From Carcharhinus amblyrhynchos (taxonomy: Eukaryota): a stretch of 64,000 nt of DNA. The notes beneath the pieces are model-generated. The model had not been told where the DNA came from and ran no database searches. It worked only from the letters and a program-made list of their open reading frames with translations. Each line of letters opens with the position of its first letter. The first letter of the stretch is position 1. The translations under genes were made by a program, and so were the position numbers. Shown here one piece after another: positions 61,127-64,000 of the stretch. The stretch covers positions 3,348,001 through 3,412,000 of the forward strand of contig OZ336900.1 of the NCBI GenBank assembly GCA_965287045.1, in the 5' to 3' direction.

Positions 61127-61947
61127 ATAATCATGGCACCATCAAATATCCAGGACGAAACCTATTGTATCTGAGCTCTGGAGATCATGTGCAATAATTC
61201 AAGATTAGAAATAATGCTGTTCTCCAATCACATCAGTAATCACTGTGTACAGAGCAATCTAATGGCTCCATCACTCAAGAAGGACTTTTTTTTTTGATCA
61301 GGAGACTGGGCAACATAAAATTGTTTTCAGACCCACCTGACATGAAACATTTGTAAAGTCAGAGATGTAAAAAGTAATTCTCTCTTTCTTTTTAAGTCTG
61401 AACATGGTCCATGTGGATTCAATACATCCACAAGAGTCTCTATTCATGTACAGAGCCTTTCATCAAGATCGAGACTCCTAATACGTCAAACGCCGGAGAG
61501 TTACAAACAGACTAGCACGGACTGCAACCTTACAGAAAACAATTGAGCTTGTTGACAGTTGTGCAGTTACTTTAACTCTAACATTCCAGGCTGCCAATCC
61601 CCATCCACATCATCTCCGCTGCACTGCCTAAGGGCGCTCAGGAATTGGCTGGTATTTGGCCAGAGGCCACTAACAAAAGGCCAAAACAACTCAACTTTAA
61701 CATGATTCAAAGCAACAAAAGCTGATACTTGATCTGTCATTCTCGTTGTCACAATTCTTACTGCTACTGCAGCCCAGATATATCCAAGATCCTCACTTTC
61801 ATTCACCACATTTTATGCAGTACAACTGAAGCATGCACCAGCATCACAAGGACAAACACAAAAAACATAAGAATTTTGAACAAGTTGGAATAGAACAGAA
61901 TCGTAACAGTGCAGAAGGAGGCCATTCAGCCCTTCGTGTCTGCACAG

Positions 61948-62039
61948 AATCTTTTATGTCCAACTGATTCATCAAGACAGGTCCTTAGTTTAAGGCTCAT
62001 TCAAACAACAGCACCTCCAATGGCAGGACTTTCTCAATA
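61948..62039 (-). mobile_element. Deu-domain SINE fragment
   Basis: Reverse complement of 42851-42945. Confidence 0.6.
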
Positions 62040-62569
62040 GCTGACTCTGTATAAATAAGAATCTGTTGGGAATTGGGGAGAGCTTGGAATGGCCCAGGGT
62101 GAGGCCTTGAGTGTTGGAGTAATGAAGTTTCTTTATTAAACCTTTTTCTTTGATTTATAAGTTGGAGTAAGTTTTGTTTTATTTTATTGCCTGCAATGGA
62201 AGAGTCCTCTCTGGAGGATCAACAGTGGATGGGGGAGGGGGGGGGGTTGGGGGGGGTGCGGTTTGTGGAGGAGGAAGGGGTGGAAAAATGGAAAAGTCTG
62301 CCCACAGCCTGAGACCAGCAGAAATCAAACTCTGTCCAGATTGAATCAAGCTTCAGATATTCCAAAAAACTGTAAATGTGGGAGCAATTTGAGACAACAC
62401 AGTCTCCATTAAAAGAAAGCAGAGCATGTGTGCAACAGGTAAATATCTATCCTTTGTAACTTCATCAATGCAGCATTCTTTTCAATGTTCCCTATTCCAT
62501 AATCTGGTGTACTGGCTGCTGCTGGAAAGGGTTCGTCAGCAGCTGTTTTCCCAAAGAGGTCAAGAGGTC

Positions 62570-63080
62570 TTTCCATCATCCTGCCCCTCCTCATCTCTGT
62601 ATCCTTCTCCAATCCTCGGAGATTTCAGTACTCCTGCACTTCTAACTTCCTGCGCATCCCTGATTTTCATTGTTCCACTATTGGCTTCAGCTGCATGCTT
62701 CCTAAGCTCTGGAATTCCTTCCCTAAGCCATTCCTTACAGCACTCCCTAAAACATACCTCCTTGACTAAGATTTTACTCAGCTTCCCTAAAGATCCTCTC
62801 GTATAACTTGGTGTCAAATTTTGTTTGATAATACAACTGATGTTTGTTGTCAGTGCTTTTATTGCTTGGAGTCTGGAGGCCACAAATAACAACTGTATCT
62901 CCTAAGCTTCTCTAACTGTATCTTGCTTTCATCCTTTTAAACACTCCTTAAAATCTATCTCTCTGAACAAATTTTTGGCCCACTGACCTCTCCTTATATG
63001 ACTCATGTAATGCTCCTGTGAAGTGCCTTGGGATGTTTTATGAGGTTAAAAGTGCTATAGAGGTACAAGTTGTAGCTGTT
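62570..63080 (+). mobile_element. Old L2 3' ends, two in tandem
   Basis: CCTAAGCTCTGGAATTCC...; GTGAAGTGCCTTGGGATGTTTT...GTGCTATAG tail. Confidence 0.6.
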
Positions 63081-63702
63081 GTTGACCAGTGCCTTCATCC
63101 TAATTATTGCCAGGATTTTCTGGCCAGTTATGCCGTGGGTTTCTCTGGTCCCTCTGCAGTGAACGGAGATTTAGCTGAGTGCCAAATTCTCTTGCAGCGG
63201 CAACAGGGCGTGAGCAGTCTGGAAAATTCTGCCCTTCATCCCTGTTCACTCGACTTTAAGTTGCATGTTTCCAATTTTTCAATAAAAAGTCCATAAACAT
63301 TGTCACAGAGATTGCGTGATATCCAATCTGTCTTTGAATGTATTGTTGTATGGCAGATTATCAATTATTCAGGAGGCATTTCATTATTTAATATTTGGGC
63401 TGCTAATATCTTTGATAAAATTTACTCGAGCAGTTCGGAGTGATGTGAAATGGGTACTGAGGACTTTCAAAAGTTTGCATTTGGTTTGATTTAAGGTGTA
63501 GTTTGATAAGATAAGCAGAGCCTTGACTCAAGCCAACCTTAAACAAAACTCTATTTGATATAATTCTAACCTTCAAATCTTTTGGTTTGGACAATGACTT
63601 TCTTCCTGCCAGTTCATGACAGATTTGAACCAGGAGTGAACCCAAGATTGAGAATGGCCTTTGATTTAATTTTACTTTTCATCTTCAAGCAGGTGACCTT
63701 AG

Positions 63703-64000
63703 ACTGTAAGATATAGAAGCAGAATTAGGCCATTTGGTCCATCGAGACTGCTCCACCATTCAATCATGGCTGATAAGTTTCTCAACCCTATTCTTCTGCT
63801 TTTTCCTGTAACCTTTGACCCCCTGACTAATCACGAACCTATCTAACTGTGTTTAAAAACGCTCAATGGCCCGACTGCCTCAGCCTTCTGTTGCAATGAA
63901 TTCCATAGATTCACTACCCTCTGGCTGATGAAATTGCTCCCCATCTCGGTTCTTTACTCTGAGACTGTGCCTTTGGATTCTAGTCTCTCCTACCAAAGTT
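63703..64000 (-). mobile_element. CR1 3' end running off the window
   Basis: AGCAGAATTAGGCCATT...CATTCAATCATGGCTGAT. Confidence 0.85.

Noticed and set aside
1-64000. CRISPR array, prophage or other prokaryotic system
   Set aside because: No regularly spaced repeat-spacer array or operon-like coding density; the sequence is vertebrate

Overview
Eukaryotic, repeat-dominated, apparently intronic or intergenic DNA from a cartilaginous fish. The HE1-like V-domain SINEs and CR1 LINEs point to a galeomorph shark; this is inferred from repeat content only. No host protein-coding exon could be recognised, and every convincing ORF is transposon-derived. Contents: several CR1 LINE subfamilies (one 3.4 kb copy keeps an SGNH-esterase ORF1 fragment plus APE-RT ORF2), Rex1/Babar LINEs, a second CR1-group LINE, L2 tails, at least four SINE types, Penelope-like (PLE) terminal repeats carrying minimal hammerhead ribozyme motifs, solo LTRs, an LTR with a tRNA-Leu PBS, PIF/Harbinger MITEs, a Myb/SANT remnant, a tRNA-Thr(TGT) pseudogene and a 134-N gap. 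Most notable: (1) short, TSD-flanked, fold-back PLE mini-elements whose hammerhead copies vary in a way that fits the ribozyme rules; (2) a young SINE with an atypical head; (3) one SINE head/body carrying two different LINE-derived tails; (4) a 358-bp templated inverted duplication inside a CR1; (5) a local duplication that preserves an empty MITE site. Repeat boundaries were read by eye and are approximate unless a TSD is given.
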